Assembly: GCA_017554485.1 (NCBI GenBank)
Contig: JAFZIG010000041.1
Location: forward strand, 7,128-71,127
DNA: 64,000 nt
Direction of reading: 5' to 3'
Source of the DNA: Acidaminococcaceae bacterium
GTDB lineage: Bacteria; Bacillota; Negativicutes; Acidaminococcales; Acidaminococcaceae
This document shows positions 10,410 to 19,827 of the stretch, one piece after another; position 1 is the stretch's first letter; the number at the start of each line of letters is the position of its first letter. The position numbers were made by a program, and so were the translations under genes. The notes beneath the pieces were generated by a model that worked only from the letters and a program-made list of their open reading frames with translations, ran no database searches and was not told the DNA's origin.

Positions 10410-12326
10410 ATGTCGATTAAAATTGCCTGCGGACAAATGGAAGTCGTAGCCGGCCGCCCGGACTTTAATACGAAAAAAGTATTACAGTTAATCAGCCAGG
10501 CGAAAAATGAAGAAGTCGATATCATACTATTTCCTGAACTGGCTGTCCCCGGTTACCTGGTTGGCGACCTGTGGGAACAGACAGCTTTCCTTGAGGACTG
10601 CAAAACCTTCGGCCAACAGATCATTGCCGCAACAGAAGGTATCACCGTCATCTTCGGCAATGTGGCAATTGACCGCAAACGAAATAACAAAGATGGGCAT
10701 ATACGCAAATACAATGCAGCTTTTACCGCGCAAAACGGAAAGCTGATATCCACTGAGCAGGGTTTGGATTTTGTAGCCAAAACACTTTTGCCTACCTATC
10801 GTATGTTTGACGATTCACGATATTTTGAAAGCCAGGAAATGTTACTGAAGGATAAACGCGTTTCCCTGAAAAACGGTATGGGATCCGTAGCAGTAACAAT
10901 TCGCGGCTGCGAGTATAAGCTGGGCATCCTGCTCTGTGAAGACAGCTGGACCGAAAACTATCCTCTTTCTGTACCGTCCATGCTGAAACAAGGCGGTGCT
11001 CAGATATTATGCAACCTTTCCTGCTCACCGTTTACTTTAAAAAAGAACAGTAAACGCCATCTGGTCTTCGGAAAACAGGCAAAAGAACTGCAGCTCCCGC
11101 TGATTTACTGCAATTCCACGGGCATCCAGAACACCGGCAAAAACATCTATGCCTTTGACGGACAGAGCTGCGTTTACGGGCCTGACGGCATGGTCAAGGC
11201 TGCAGCATCTATGTTCGAAGAAAAACTGCTGACTTTCTCATTGGATAAAGAAAGCGCAAAAATACGCGCCTACTCCGCAGAAGATGAACTGATTTCCACA
11301 GAAGACGATGAAACTGCTATTTTATATAAAGCCATACGCTACGGTACAGAGCATTTCCTGAAACAAACAGGCATCAAACGCATGGTTTTAGGCGCCTCCG
11401 GCGGTATCGATTCAGCGGTTACCGCAACCCTGTTTACCGATATCTTGGGCCCTCATCAGGTTTTGCTTGTGAACATGCCAAGCCGCTACAATTCCGAACT
11501 TACCAAGAATCTGGCCCAGCAGCTGGCAGAGAATCTGGGGTGCTGTTACACGATCGTACCTATCAATGACAGTGTGGCCCATACTGTGGAACAACTCTAT
11601 ACCCCTATCCACAATTACACTACCAACCGCGATTTTAAAGTGGAACTGAATGGGCTGATGTATGAAAACATACAGGCCCGGGACCGCGGGTCCCGGCTTC
11701 TGGCCGGTTTTTCCGCCGCATTCAGGGGCGGCATCAGCTGCAATGCCAACAAAGCGGAAATCACTGTCGGCTATGGCACATTCTACGGTGATCTGATCGG
11801 CCTGTTCTGCCCCCTGGGAGATTTATGGAAGCATCAGGTCTATAGACTAGGTAAATACATAAATGAATACGTTTATAAACGAAAAGTGATTCCCGAACTG
11901 ATCTTTACCATCCGTCCCAGCGCAGAACTGTCAGAGGAACAGACTGTAGGAAAAGGCGGAGACCCCCTGATTTATACCTATCACGACTACCTGCTGCGAG
12001 CCTTTGTAGAAAATTGGGAAAAAGCTTCCCCTGCCGAAATCCTGAAGCATTACATTGAACAGGACCTGGAAGCATTTTTAGGCTGCAAGGAGGGTCTTGT
12101 TTCTCTGCTCTTCCCAAGCCACGCCGCATTCTGCCAGGATTTGGAGCACTGGTACAACGTCTTCACCGGCTTAGCTGTGGCCAAACGCATACAGGCGCCT
12201 CCGGTTTTAAGCCTGAGTCCCCGCGCCTTTGGCACCGATTACAGAGAAGCGCAGCTGACAACCTATTATTCTCTGGAATACAAGGAAATGAAAGATAAAT
12301 TATTAGTACAGGAGCGCTTATTTTAA
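10410..12326 (+). CDS. nadE: glutamine-dependent NAD+ synthetase (start revised to 10410)
   Basis: N-terminal nitrilase domain (FPEL, K, LCED) plus SGGIDS, ENIQARDRG, PSAEL synthetase motifs. Confidence 0.93.
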   Translation: MSIKIACGQMEVVAGRPDFNTKKVLQLISQAKNEEVDIILFPELAVPGYLVGDLWEQTAFLEDCKTFGQQIIAATEGITVIFGNVAIDRKRNNKDGHIRKYNAAFTAQNGKLISTEQGLDFVAKTLLPTYRMFDDSRYFESQEMLLKDKRVSLKNGMGSVAVTIRGCEYKLGILLCEDSWTENYPLSVPSMLKQGGAQILCNLSCSPFTLKKNSKRHLVFGKQAKELQLPLIYCNSTGIQNTGKNIYAFDGQSCVYGPDGMVKAAASMFEEKLLTFSLDKESAKIRAYSAEDELISTEDDETAILYKAIRYGTEHFLKQTGIKRMVLGASGGIDSAVTATLFTDILGPHQVLLVNMPSRYNSELTKNLAQQLAENLGCCYTIVPINDSVAHTVEQLYTPIHNYTTNRDFKVELNGLMYENIQARDRGSRLLAGFSAAFRGGISCNANKAEITVGYGTFYGDLIGLFCPLGDLWKHQVYRLGKYINEYVYKRKVIPELIFTIRPSAELSEEQTVGKGGDPLIYTYHDYLLRAFVENWEKASPAEILKHYIEQDLEAFLGCKEGLVSLLFPSHAAFCQDLEHWYNVFTGLAVAKRIQAPPVLSLSPRAFGTDYREAQLTTYYSLEYKEMKDKLLVQERLF

Positions 12327-12329
12327 ATT

Positions 12330-12878
12330 ATGAAGAACAAAACGGATTCCCTTTACCGCGCTGTTTCCCTGGCTGCCGTTTTCTGGACAACGGTGTCCAT
12401 GTCAGCCTATACCCCTCATGAAACAGGGTCACGGACTACGGCCAGCGGCGCCAAAGCCAGAGAGGGATATACCTGTGCGGCGAATTTTGTTCCCCTTGGA
12501 AGCATTATCATTTACAACGGGCACAGGTACGTCGTCCAGGACAGGATGAACCCAAAATATAACCGGCATGTAGATATTTTTATGGAATCCTACAAAAAGG
12601 CCATTGAGTTCGGCCGCAAAGAAGCAAAAGTCCAGGTCTTGACACAGGGAGATACCAAAATTAAACCTTCCGGTAAAAAAGAGTCTAAAAATCAGCACAA
12701 AAATATGTCGGAAGAGAAAGTCCCTGCAAAAGAAAATCATAAAGAATCCACTCCAACGGTTATACAGTCCCCACAAGTATCACAGCCACCTCATACGGAA
12801 AATTCATCCAATGCTTCCCATGACAATTCTCACACTCCTGAAGCGCCTATGGTACTGAAGCCCCAGGCCAGACCATAG
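12330..12878 (+). CDS. 3D (MltA-like) domain protein with low-complexity C-terminal tail
   Basis: SAYT..TTASG, VPLGS, VQDR, HVDIFM..KAIEFGRK pattern. Confidence 0.75.
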   Translation: MKNKTDSLYRAVSLAAVFWTTVSMSAYTPHETGSRTTASGAKAREGYTCAANFVPLGSIIIYNGHRYVVQDRMNPKYNRHVDIFMESYKKAIEFGRKEAKVQVLTQGDTKIKPSGKKESKNQHKNMSEEKVPAKENHKESTPTVIQSPQVSQPPHTENSSNASHDNSHTPEAPMVLKPQARP

Positions 12879-12891
12879 ATTCTGTTAAAAT

Positions 12892-12950
12892 AACAGAGAC
12901 ACCGGCACTGATCAGATTCCTGATCTGACAGTATGGTGTCTCTTGTTTTT
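12892..12950. terminator. bidirectional terminator between the 3D gene and fabK
   Basis: Long stem AACAGAGACACC...GGTGTCTCTTGTT with A/T tracts on both sides. Confidence 0.75.
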
Positions 12951-13009
12951 TATATTTCATTGGTCTGAAAACCATTAAATCGTAAAGCGCTGCCTGCCTC
13001 AACCTTCAA

Positions 13010-13954
13010 TTACAATTCAATACTGGCAGCTTTTGCCAGTGCTGCTTTGGCATCAGCGATTACTCTTTCCACTACATCTTTGCAGGGCAGCACTTCGTTC
13101 AGCACATTCAGGCTCTCGCCCACCATGATACTGCCGTTTTCGGTGTCGCCTTCCTGCATGCCCATACGGGATGTACCTGTCCCCATTTCCATCAGCGTTG
13201 CGTTTGGCGCACCGCTGATCTCTGCCGCAAGATATTTGCGGGTAAATGCATTTGCCAGACAGCGCACGCCCATGTTTCTTGACTGACCGGTCACCACGCA
13301 GTCCGTATCCGTCGCCTTGACGATCATCTCTTTTGTCTTGGGATGAACCGGACACTCCGTGGTCAGCAGGAACCGGGAACCCATCTGCACGCCGTCCGCG
13401 CCCATAAGCAGGGCTGCCGCCATGGCACGCCCGTCAGAGATGCCACCTGCCGCCAGCACCGGAATGGGATATTTTTCCCTAAGCACATTGGAAAGCAAGG
13501 CCATGCAGGTCATAGTACCGATATGCCCACCGCCTTCCATGCCTTCGATCACCATGGCATCCGCCCCGGAAGCCGCGATGCGCTTGGCCAGTTTCACATT
13601 AGGTACCACCGGGATCACTTTCACTCCGGCTTTATGCAGGGGTTCGATCCAGGGAATCGGGCTGCCTGCGCCCGTAGTAACGAACGCGACTTTTTCCTTG
13701 CAGACAATATCTGCAATTGCATTTAAGTTAGGCGCCATCAGCATCAGGTTGACACCGAAGGGTTTATCTGTCAGGCTCTTTGCCTTCTTAATTTCTTCTT
13801 CCACCCATTCGGCAGACCGTCCCCCTGTACCGATGATCCCGGCGCCGCCTGCATTGGATACGGCAGCAGCCAGCGTTCCGTCACTGCTCCAGGCCATGCC
13901 GCCCTGGATAATCGGATACCTGATCCCCAACAATTCACATAACCTGTTTTTCAT
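13010..13954 (-). CDS. fabK: enoyl-ACP reductase II / nitronate monooxygenase family (start revised to 13954)
   Basis: YPIIQGGMAW, PFGVNLM, EGMEGGGHIG, AAGGISDGR, GVQMGSRF; GGAGG RBS. Confidence 0.8.
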   Translation of the reverse strand: MKNRLCELLGIRYPIIQGGMAWSSDGTLAAAVSNAGGAGIIGTGGRSAEWVEEEIKKAKSLTDKPFGVNLMLMAPNLNAIADIVCKEKVAFVTTGAGSPIPWIEPLHKAGVKVIPVVPNVKLAKRIAASGADAMVIEGMEGGGHIGTMTCMALLSNVLREKYPIPVLAAGGISDGRAMAAALLMGADGVQMGSRFLLTTECPVHPKTKEMIVKATDTDCVVTGQSRNMGVRCLANAFTRKYLAAEISGAPNATLMEMGTGTSRMGMQEGDTENGSIMVGESLNVLNEVLPCKDVVERVIADAKAALAKAASIEL

Positions 13955-14043
13955 AAGAACCTCCAATCTGCAATCACGTTTCACAACACTATACAAAATA
14001 CGTTAAAACAAAAACAATTATACACCCGGTCTGTTAAAACAAT

Positions 14044-14469
14044 TTACTGAAACAGTCGGGACAGCAGAATAATAATCGTACCTGCAACTGCGCCGATGAC
14101 ACCGATAAACAGAAAAGCCGGTAGAATAAAGAAAATAATACCCAGTACGATCAAGGCAAAAATAATCCAGGTCAGCAGACCTCCGCCCAAACGGTATACC
14201 TTTAAACGTTCAGAATTCCGGCTATCTTCATAGGGTCTGTCCCCTTGCCGGAAATCATCCTGCTGCCAGTAGCTGTCCTTTTCCTGGTACTCGGCACGCC
14301 TGGTATAGCCTTCTTCCCCGCCGGAACCTTCCATTTCAATGGTAGTTCCGTCAAAGTTGTCCCGCTCTTCCCGCGTCAGGCTTTTTGCTTCAATATCAAC
14401 CTTTTTATGACAGTACGGGCATTCTGTAAGACTGTCATCAAATTCATGCTTGCAGAATTCACATAACAT
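14044..14469 (-). CDS. hypothetical membrane protein with N-terminal zinc ribbon
   Basis: CEFC...CPYC at N-terminus, acidic linker, C-terminal hydrophobic helices. Confidence 0.7.
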   Translation of the reverse strand: MLCEFCKHEFDDSLTECPYCHKKVDIEAKSLTREERDNFDGTTIEMEGSGGEEGYTRRAEYQEKDSYWQQDDFRQGDRPYEDSRNSERLKVYRLGGGLLTWIIFALIVLGIIFFILPAFLFIGVIGAVAGTIIILLSRLFQ

Positions 14470-14494
14470 GAGTCATCCTCCCGGCGAATACGCC

Positions 14495-16048
14495 TCACGA
14501 AAAAATCATGTTCATAAACGCGTCTTCACTCATGTAACGGGGATCAAAAGCTTCCAGCTGCAAAACATCCTGAATGATACCGGACCGTTCCGCAACACGC
14601 TTTGTGTCAATATGCACCTTTTCAGCATAGGGCGCCACGTCAAGCAGGTATGTTCTGGTAATCTTTATATAATTATCCAGGATTGCCAGAGTCCAGATCA
14701 TAATATCTTCGTCACTGAAACAGGCCACGGGACGGAGCGCATAAAAATCTCCCCATATCTGTGTCAGGTTTTTCCGGTCCTCCCAGGACATGTGAAGCAG
14801 TTTGCCAAAATGCAACAGGTACTGGTGTACCGGATCCTCTTTCCGGAGGGCAGCCGGTTTGTATTTCATGTCCTTTACAGCAGGATATACCGGTTTCAGC
14901 GACATGTCCGGCGCCCCTGCACAGGCGACCATATGCATCACCAATGCGGGATTAGCGTTAACGAACTGCTCCCAGTCCGCATCGGGATGAGCAACCCTGT
15001 AACAGGCAAGAAACGCCGAAAGCTGATTATAAAGAGTCTTCTGTGCTACAGAATCAACAATCACACTGCGCAGGTATTCGGTGATCAGATTGCCGTCCTC
15101 AAACACATGAGCTATGCACAGAATACCCCGGATATCAACGGTTTCATCAACCGGCAGGCTCAGCTCCGAAATACTGCCTGTAAAAAAGTCTTTACAGCTG
15201 AACCAGCCGTCGGCTTCCTCACGCTCAATTGTAAAGACCATCAACTGGATCTTCAGCATTGATTCCAGCAAATCGGTCAGGGCCTTATTGGCCTTTCCGT
15301 GACGGGGATTCGGATGTTCAGTATAATATTTATAGAAATGCTCTATCGGCCTTTCATTGGTATCCCGCAGACGGTAATCAAAAATAAAATATTCCCAAAA
15401 AGAAGCAAACAGCTCCGGTCTCTCCTGATTCCTTTCCGGTTCCGTTTCCGTTCCGAAATACGCATAACAGGCGCGGCGCCTGTCGAAGGAGAAACGGGGA
15501 TCATCAAAATACTTCTGCATCATGTCAAACAAGACGGAAAGTTTCTGTCCCAGCTGCATGAACACCTTTGTTTCCAGATCGGGTTCCCGGTTGGTCCGGT
15601 ATTTCTCATACTCTTCCGGAAGGGAACCGTCTTTTTGAAACAGCAGGAGTCTGCCGTCCGTCCCCAGCAGCTTAAGCCGGCACTTGGCTGCTGCCGTATC
15701 GTTGCTGATAGCCTTCTTCTGCTTTAAAAAAATGAGCAGCCGCTGGATTACGGAAAGGAAATAATCCACATTGTCATAATCCAGTTCGAAATCACCGATA
15801 TTCCGCTGACACCAGCTGATACAATAGACAAAATCCTCACCGGTCATGTCGCCAATTTTATAAGAAGTATTCCCACAATATATCAAAAGGTACATAACCT
15901 GCTGCCAGATTTCCAGCAGTTCGTCATCCGTGGCGCCCCGGAAAGCTTCCGTACGCAGGAACTGTTCTGCATACCTGCGCTCCAGGACAGTATTCCAGCC
16001 TTCGTCATCATTATATAATTCGTTAATTACATCGTAGATATTTGTCAT
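14495..16048 (-). CDS. hypothetical protein, 517 aa
   Basis: Long ORF; ATGA overlap with murB stop; no motif recognised. Confidence 0.8.
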   Translation of the reverse strand: MTNIYDVINELYNDDEGWNTVLERRYAEQFLRTEAFRGATDDELLEIWQQVMYLLIYCGNTSYKIGDMTGEDFVYCISWCQRNIGDFELDYDNVDYFLSVIQRLLIFLKQKKAISNDTAAAKCRLKLLGTDGRLLLFQKDGSLPEEYEKYRTNREPDLETKVFMQLGQKLSVLFDMMQKYFDDPRFSFDRRRACYAYFGTETEPERNQERPELFASFWEYFIFDYRLRDTNERPIEHFYKYYTEHPNPRHGKANKALTDLLESMLKIQLMVFTIEREEADGWFSCKDFFTGSISELSLPVDETVDIRGILCIAHVFEDGNLITEYLRSVIVDSVAQKTLYNQLSAFLACYRVAHPDADWEQFVNANPALVMHMVACAGAPDMSLKPVYPAVKDMKYKPAALRKEDPVHQYLLHFGKLLHMSWEDRKNLTQIWGDFYALRPVACFSDEDIMIWTLAILDNYIKITRTYLLDVAPYAEKVHIDTKRVAERSGIIQDVLQLEAFDPRYMSEDAFMNMIFS

Positions 16049-16968
16049 TCTTCTCCTAACACCAGTACTTCCGGTACTAATATAACGTTATAGTTTTCCT
16101 TAATTATCTTTTCAATATATTCAATGAGCTGCAATACATCTTTTGCCGTAGCATGATCCGCATTGACAATAAAGCCTGCATGCTTAACTGAAACTTCCGC
16201 GCCGCCGATGCGGAAGCCTTTCAGGCCGGACTCTTCCACCATCTGACCTACAAAATGTCCTTCCGGGCGTTTGAAAGTACTGCCCGCGCTGGGCATATCC
16301 AGCGGCTGCTTGCTGATACGCCGTTGGCTGAAATCATCCATCTTGGCCTGGATTGCAACTTTATCTCCCTCTTTAACCTTCAGCTTCACAGCCAGCACAA
16401 TGACATCGGAAGCCTGCAGGGCGGAATGACGGTAGGCAAACTGAAGATCCTCCCTGCCCAGGGTTTTTACTTCGCCTGACCGGGAGATGACTTCCACGGA
16501 CACTACCGTATCTTTCATTTCCCCATCGTAAGCGCCGGCGTTCATGTAGACAGCGCCCCCCAGGCTGCCCGGTATGCCCACGGCAAATTCCATTCCCGTA
16601 TACCCGGCTTCCCCGATAATACGGCAGCACTGGGCCAGAGACACGCCACTGTCAAAAATAAAGTTATTGCCATTCTGTTCCCAGTGTTTCAGGGCGTTGC
16701 CAAGCTTCAGCACGATACCCCGGATTCCCTTGTCCCGTACCAGAAGGTTGGAACCATTCCCGATCACGGTCAGCGACACTTTTTCTTCCTTGGCAATGTG
16801 CAGCACTTGCAGCAGGTCTTCCCGGTCCGCGGGGACCACCAGTACATCCGCCGGTCCGCCGATATGGAAAGATGTATGCAGGGACATGGGTTCAGCGAAC
16901 CGTACCTGCCCCCTGATTTCCGATTTTATACGTGAAGCCGTTTCCTGTGTCAGCATTTTATTCCGCAA
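16045..16968 (-). CDS. murB: UDP-N-acetylenolpyruvoylglucosamine reductase
   Basis: HTSFHIGGPAD, GNGSNLL, GIPGSLGGAVYMNAGAY, QPLDMPSAGSTFKRP, KHAGFIVN. Confidence 0.97.
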   Translation of the reverse strand: MRNKMLTQETASRIKSEIRGQVRFAEPMSLHTSFHIGGPADVLVVPADREDLLQVLHIAKEEKVSLTVIGNGSNLLVRDKGIRGIVLKLGNALKHWEQNGNNFIFDSGVSLAQCCRIIGEAGYTGMEFAVGIPGSLGGAVYMNAGAYDGEMKDTVVSVEVISRSGEVKTLGREDLQFAYRHSALQASDVIVLAVKLKVKEGDKVAIQAKMDDFSQRRISKQPLDMPSAGSTFKRPEGHFVGQMVEESGLKGFRIGGAEVSVKHAGFIVNADHATAKDVLQLIEYIEKIIKENYNVILVPEVLVLGEE

Positions 16969-17293
16969 CTTCCTTTACCACATCTGTAATGGTCTTCGAA
17001 ACATCCTGGAACATCAGCTGGAACCGCTGGAAGGCATTCAGGTAATTCATGGCCAGCGGATTCAGCTGCAGGGTACGCATCATATCATTGAACTGCGCTT
17101 CCTTTTCTGCCGGAATCTCTTTTTTCTGGTAACGGGCAATCTCCACTTCCTGCCCCAGCTGCATGAACCGGGCAATCAGAGCCTTGGTATCCGGCTCCGC
17201 GGATAATTTTTCCTTGGCTTCTTTCAATACAGCAAACTCACGGGTAGCCCGCATCTCCCTTGCCAGTTCATTAGCGCAATCATATACTGTCAT
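16958..17293 (-). CDS. YlbF/YmcA (Com_YlbF) family protein
   Basis: VYDCANELAREMR..EF..LKEAKE..., helical, about 110 aa; overlaps murB start. Confidence 0.8.
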   Translation of the reverse strand: MTVYDCANELAREMRATREFAVLKEAKEKLSAEPDTKALIARFMQLGQEVEIARYQKKEIPAEKEAQFNDMMRTLQLNPLAMNYLNAFQRFQLMFQDVSKTITDVVKEVAE

Positions 17294-17354
17294 TGTGTAT
17301 TCTCCCCTTCAATATAGTTTTCAATTTTACACACGCCATTTATTGTAGCACATT

Positions 17355-18404
17355 TTATCGTATCTGCCCATAGGGAATATTTAAATGTTGCCATCCTTGT
17401 ATATCACCCAAGGTAAAATGCCACCATTCTTCCTTACTCTGGGTAAACCCGCACTCTTTCATCACAGCGACCAGCATGTCCCGCAGGCTTCGCTGCCGTT
17501 CCGTACCGCCCGCAAAACCGGGGAACTGGCGGACAGATACTTCATCAAAATCACTGATCATCCGCACTGCTTCCCCACTGGCCAGATCATACAGGCTTAC
17601 ATCTACCGTTCGTCCGGTATTTCGGTCTTCTCCTTTGTCCGGTCCGGGCAGCATGTCTTTTTTATCCTTCGGCAGCAAATCGGAAGCCAATTTAGAAACA
17701 TACCAGGGACGGTATCCTTCCCAAACAATAAGGCCATACCCCTGTGCAGCCAGTTTGTCTGCTGCTGTTTTCAGCGCAGCTGCAGTTTCTGTTTCTGCAT
17801 AGGCTTCTGCAACGTCATACAAAGGAACGCCAAAAATATTATCCGTTCCAGCATAACGTAAATCAAACTTTACATTGGGAACGACCGACCTGATACGCAC
17901 AAGTCTGGCCGCTTGTCCCTGCTGCAGCTTTGCCGGCATAACAGCCTTTGGGGCCAAATCTTTTAGTGACTGATAATTCTTACTGGCTTCCAGCCGGAGT
18001 ATTTTGTTGCTTTCACCTGGAAAAAAGTTCCGGGCAAACCGTTTGCCGCCGATTTTACAGACGATTCCATTCCCTTCCGCGTCCCGTTCAAAATGTACCG
18101 GGGCTTCTGCAGACATTAACGGTCCCTCTTCATTCAGCGTATAAGAATCAAAGCGCTCCTTTTTTAATGGGAATACATTGCCCATGCTGAAATCCCTGTT
18201 ATCTCTGTCTGAAAGATAAACAATCTGCAAAACACCTTTTTCTTCACGAAGGAGAAAAACCGAAGCATTGCCATAATACATACCTAACAGAAATTTCACA
18301 TCCTTCGGTACCGCTTTTGCAGCCAGCGTGACAGAAATCAGGGCAAACTGGAAGAAAACTGTCAACAGAATAAAAGAAACTATTTTCTTCTTCATTTTCA
18401 TCAT
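17355..18404 (-). CDS. secreted M15D (VanX/D-Ala-D-Ala dipeptidase-like) protein, degenerate Zn site
   Basis: Signal peptide; DLRYAGTDNIFG, WEGYRP, VDVSL, EEWWHF; the His of SxHxxG is replaced (GEDRNTG). Confidence 0.8.
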   Translation of the reverse strand: MMKMKKKIVSFILLTVFFQFALISVTLAAKAVPKDVKFLLGMYYGNASVFLLREEKGVLQIVYLSDRDNRDFSMGNVFPLKKERFDSYTLNEEGPLMSAEAPVHFERDAEGNGIVCKIGGKRFARNFFPGESNKILRLEASKNYQSLKDLAPKAVMPAKLQQGQAARLVRIRSVVPNVKFDLRYAGTDNIFGVPLYDVAEAYAETETAAALKTAADKLAAQGYGLIVWEGYRPWYVSKLASDLLPKDKKDMLPGPDKGEDRNTGRTVDVSLYDLASGEAVRMISDFDEVSVRQFPGFAGGTERQRSLRDMLVAVMKECGFTQSKEEWWHFTLGDIQGWQHLNIPYGQIR

Positions 18405-18406
18405 CT

Positions 18407-19198
18407 TTACTTTCCTACACCAGGTTCCACAATTTTAAAACGTACATCTGATAAAGCATTCAAATTCTTGCGAACCTTGAGCACCTTTTCCAAATCAATT
18501 TCCCCATAAATAATTTCCTCGCTGTCGCCGCCTTCAGCAATAATATGGTTCATGGGGTCAATGATGCGGGAATGTCCGTAGAAGGGATCGCCCTTAAAAG
18601 ATCCGACACAGTTTACCGCCGCCAAGAATACATGATTTTCAAAAGCACGGGCCCTGGAGAGCAGGTCAAATCCGTCCCCCCGGCGTGTTGGCCATTCTGC
18701 CGGACAGACAATAAGCTGCGCGCCCTGCAGGGCCAGATAACGGTAAAACTCCGGGAATCGCAGATCGTAGCAGATGGTAGCGCCGCAGCACACACCGTCC
18801 AAATCAAACACATTAAAATGCTCTCCCGGTGCGAAGAACCTTTCTTCTTCAAACATGCCGAATAAATGTGTTTTGCCATATTCATACACGATTTTTCCTG
18901 CTTTACTGATAGCCGGAATCATATTATATATCCTGCCGTTTTTACGGATGGGCAGAGAACCGGGCAGTAGTGAACACTGATATTTTCGAGCAATCCCGCA
19001 CAGAGTTTTAATCAACGGGCTGTCCAGGGTCACTGCTTCTTCTTTGAGATGACCCAGAGAATACCCCGTGTTCCAAATCTCCGGCAGAATCACCAGGTCA
19101 CTTTGTTTTGCCGCTTTTTCCAGCAGATTAAGGCCATGTTCTGTATTCCCTGCACAGTTTCGTTCTTCGATTTCCATCTGAACCAGCGCTATCTTCAT
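18407..19198 (-). CDS. carbon-nitrogen hydrolase (nitrilase family, omega-amidase-like)
   Basis: LPEIWNTGY, YGKTHLF, ICYDLRFPE triad. Confidence 0.9.
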   Translation of the reverse strand: MKIALVQMEIEERNCAGNTEHGLNLLEKAAKQSDLVILPEIWNTGYSLGHLKEEAVTLDSPLIKTLCGIARKYQCSLLPGSLPIRKNGRIYNMIPAISKAGKIVYEYGKTHLFGMFEEERFFAPGEHFNVFDLDGVCCGATICYDLRFPEFYRYLALQGAQLIVCPAEWPTRRGDGFDLLSRARAFENHVFLAAVNCVGSFKGDPFYGHSRIIDPMNHIIAEGGDSEEIIYGEIDLEKVLKVRKNLNALSDVRFKIVEPGVGK

Positions 19199-19251
19199 AT
19201 TTTAAACCTGCTTTCTACATTTAATTTTTCTTGATTTTTATAAATAATAAA

Positions 19252-19827
19252 TTATATTTCCGCATCCTCTTTCGGAAGCATGTTCCGCTTCTCAAGAGAA
19301 AGCATCACCCATGTTTCCAAAATGCGCAGTAACTTGGTACCGATAAAGTCATTTTGTGAAAGCGGACGCAGTAAGGCTGCAGGTAGGTTATGCCAGTGAG
19401 CACCTATTACATCTGTAAAAACCTGGTCTCCGGCAGCCAGTATTCCCGAACTCCCCTTTGTCACCTCATCGGCCACCTCCGGAAAAGACTCCTTTAGCAG
19501 GCGGAGCACGCCGGTATACGCCCAAGGTAAGGGTTTCCCGGCCCAGGTCAGAAGAGGAATGCACAGCCCTTTCCCGGCCAGTTGCCTGGCAATAACCTCC
19601 GTCCGTTTGCCTCCGTTATTAGAAGCCAGCAAAATTACAATACCCTGCCCTTCCAGTTTCTGCAACCAGTCCAGGTGTTGCCCCGGTATTTCGCTGCTGT
19701 TGCGTGATAACAGCGTATTGTCGATATCCAGCAGCAGGACCCGGTACCGATGCCTGCCCATCCACTCCGGCGTAATCTTTTTTAAAGAAGAAAACCGGTA
19801 TTCCGGATTTAACGTTTTCCACATCAT
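19252..19827 (-). CDS. YqeG-family HAD IIIA phosphatase
   Basis: LLDIDNTL, SNN, AGKP, GDQVFTDVIGA. Confidence 0.88.
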   Translation of the reverse strand: MMWKTLNPEYRFSSLKKITPEWMGRHRYRVLLLDIDNTLLSRNSSEIPGQHLDWLQKLEGQGIVILLASNNGGKRTEVIARQLAGKGLCIPLLTWAGKPLPWAYTGVLRLLKESFPEVADEVTKGSSGILAAGDQVFTDVIGAHWHNLPAALLRPLSQNDFIGTKLLRILETWVMLSLEKRNMLPKEDAEI

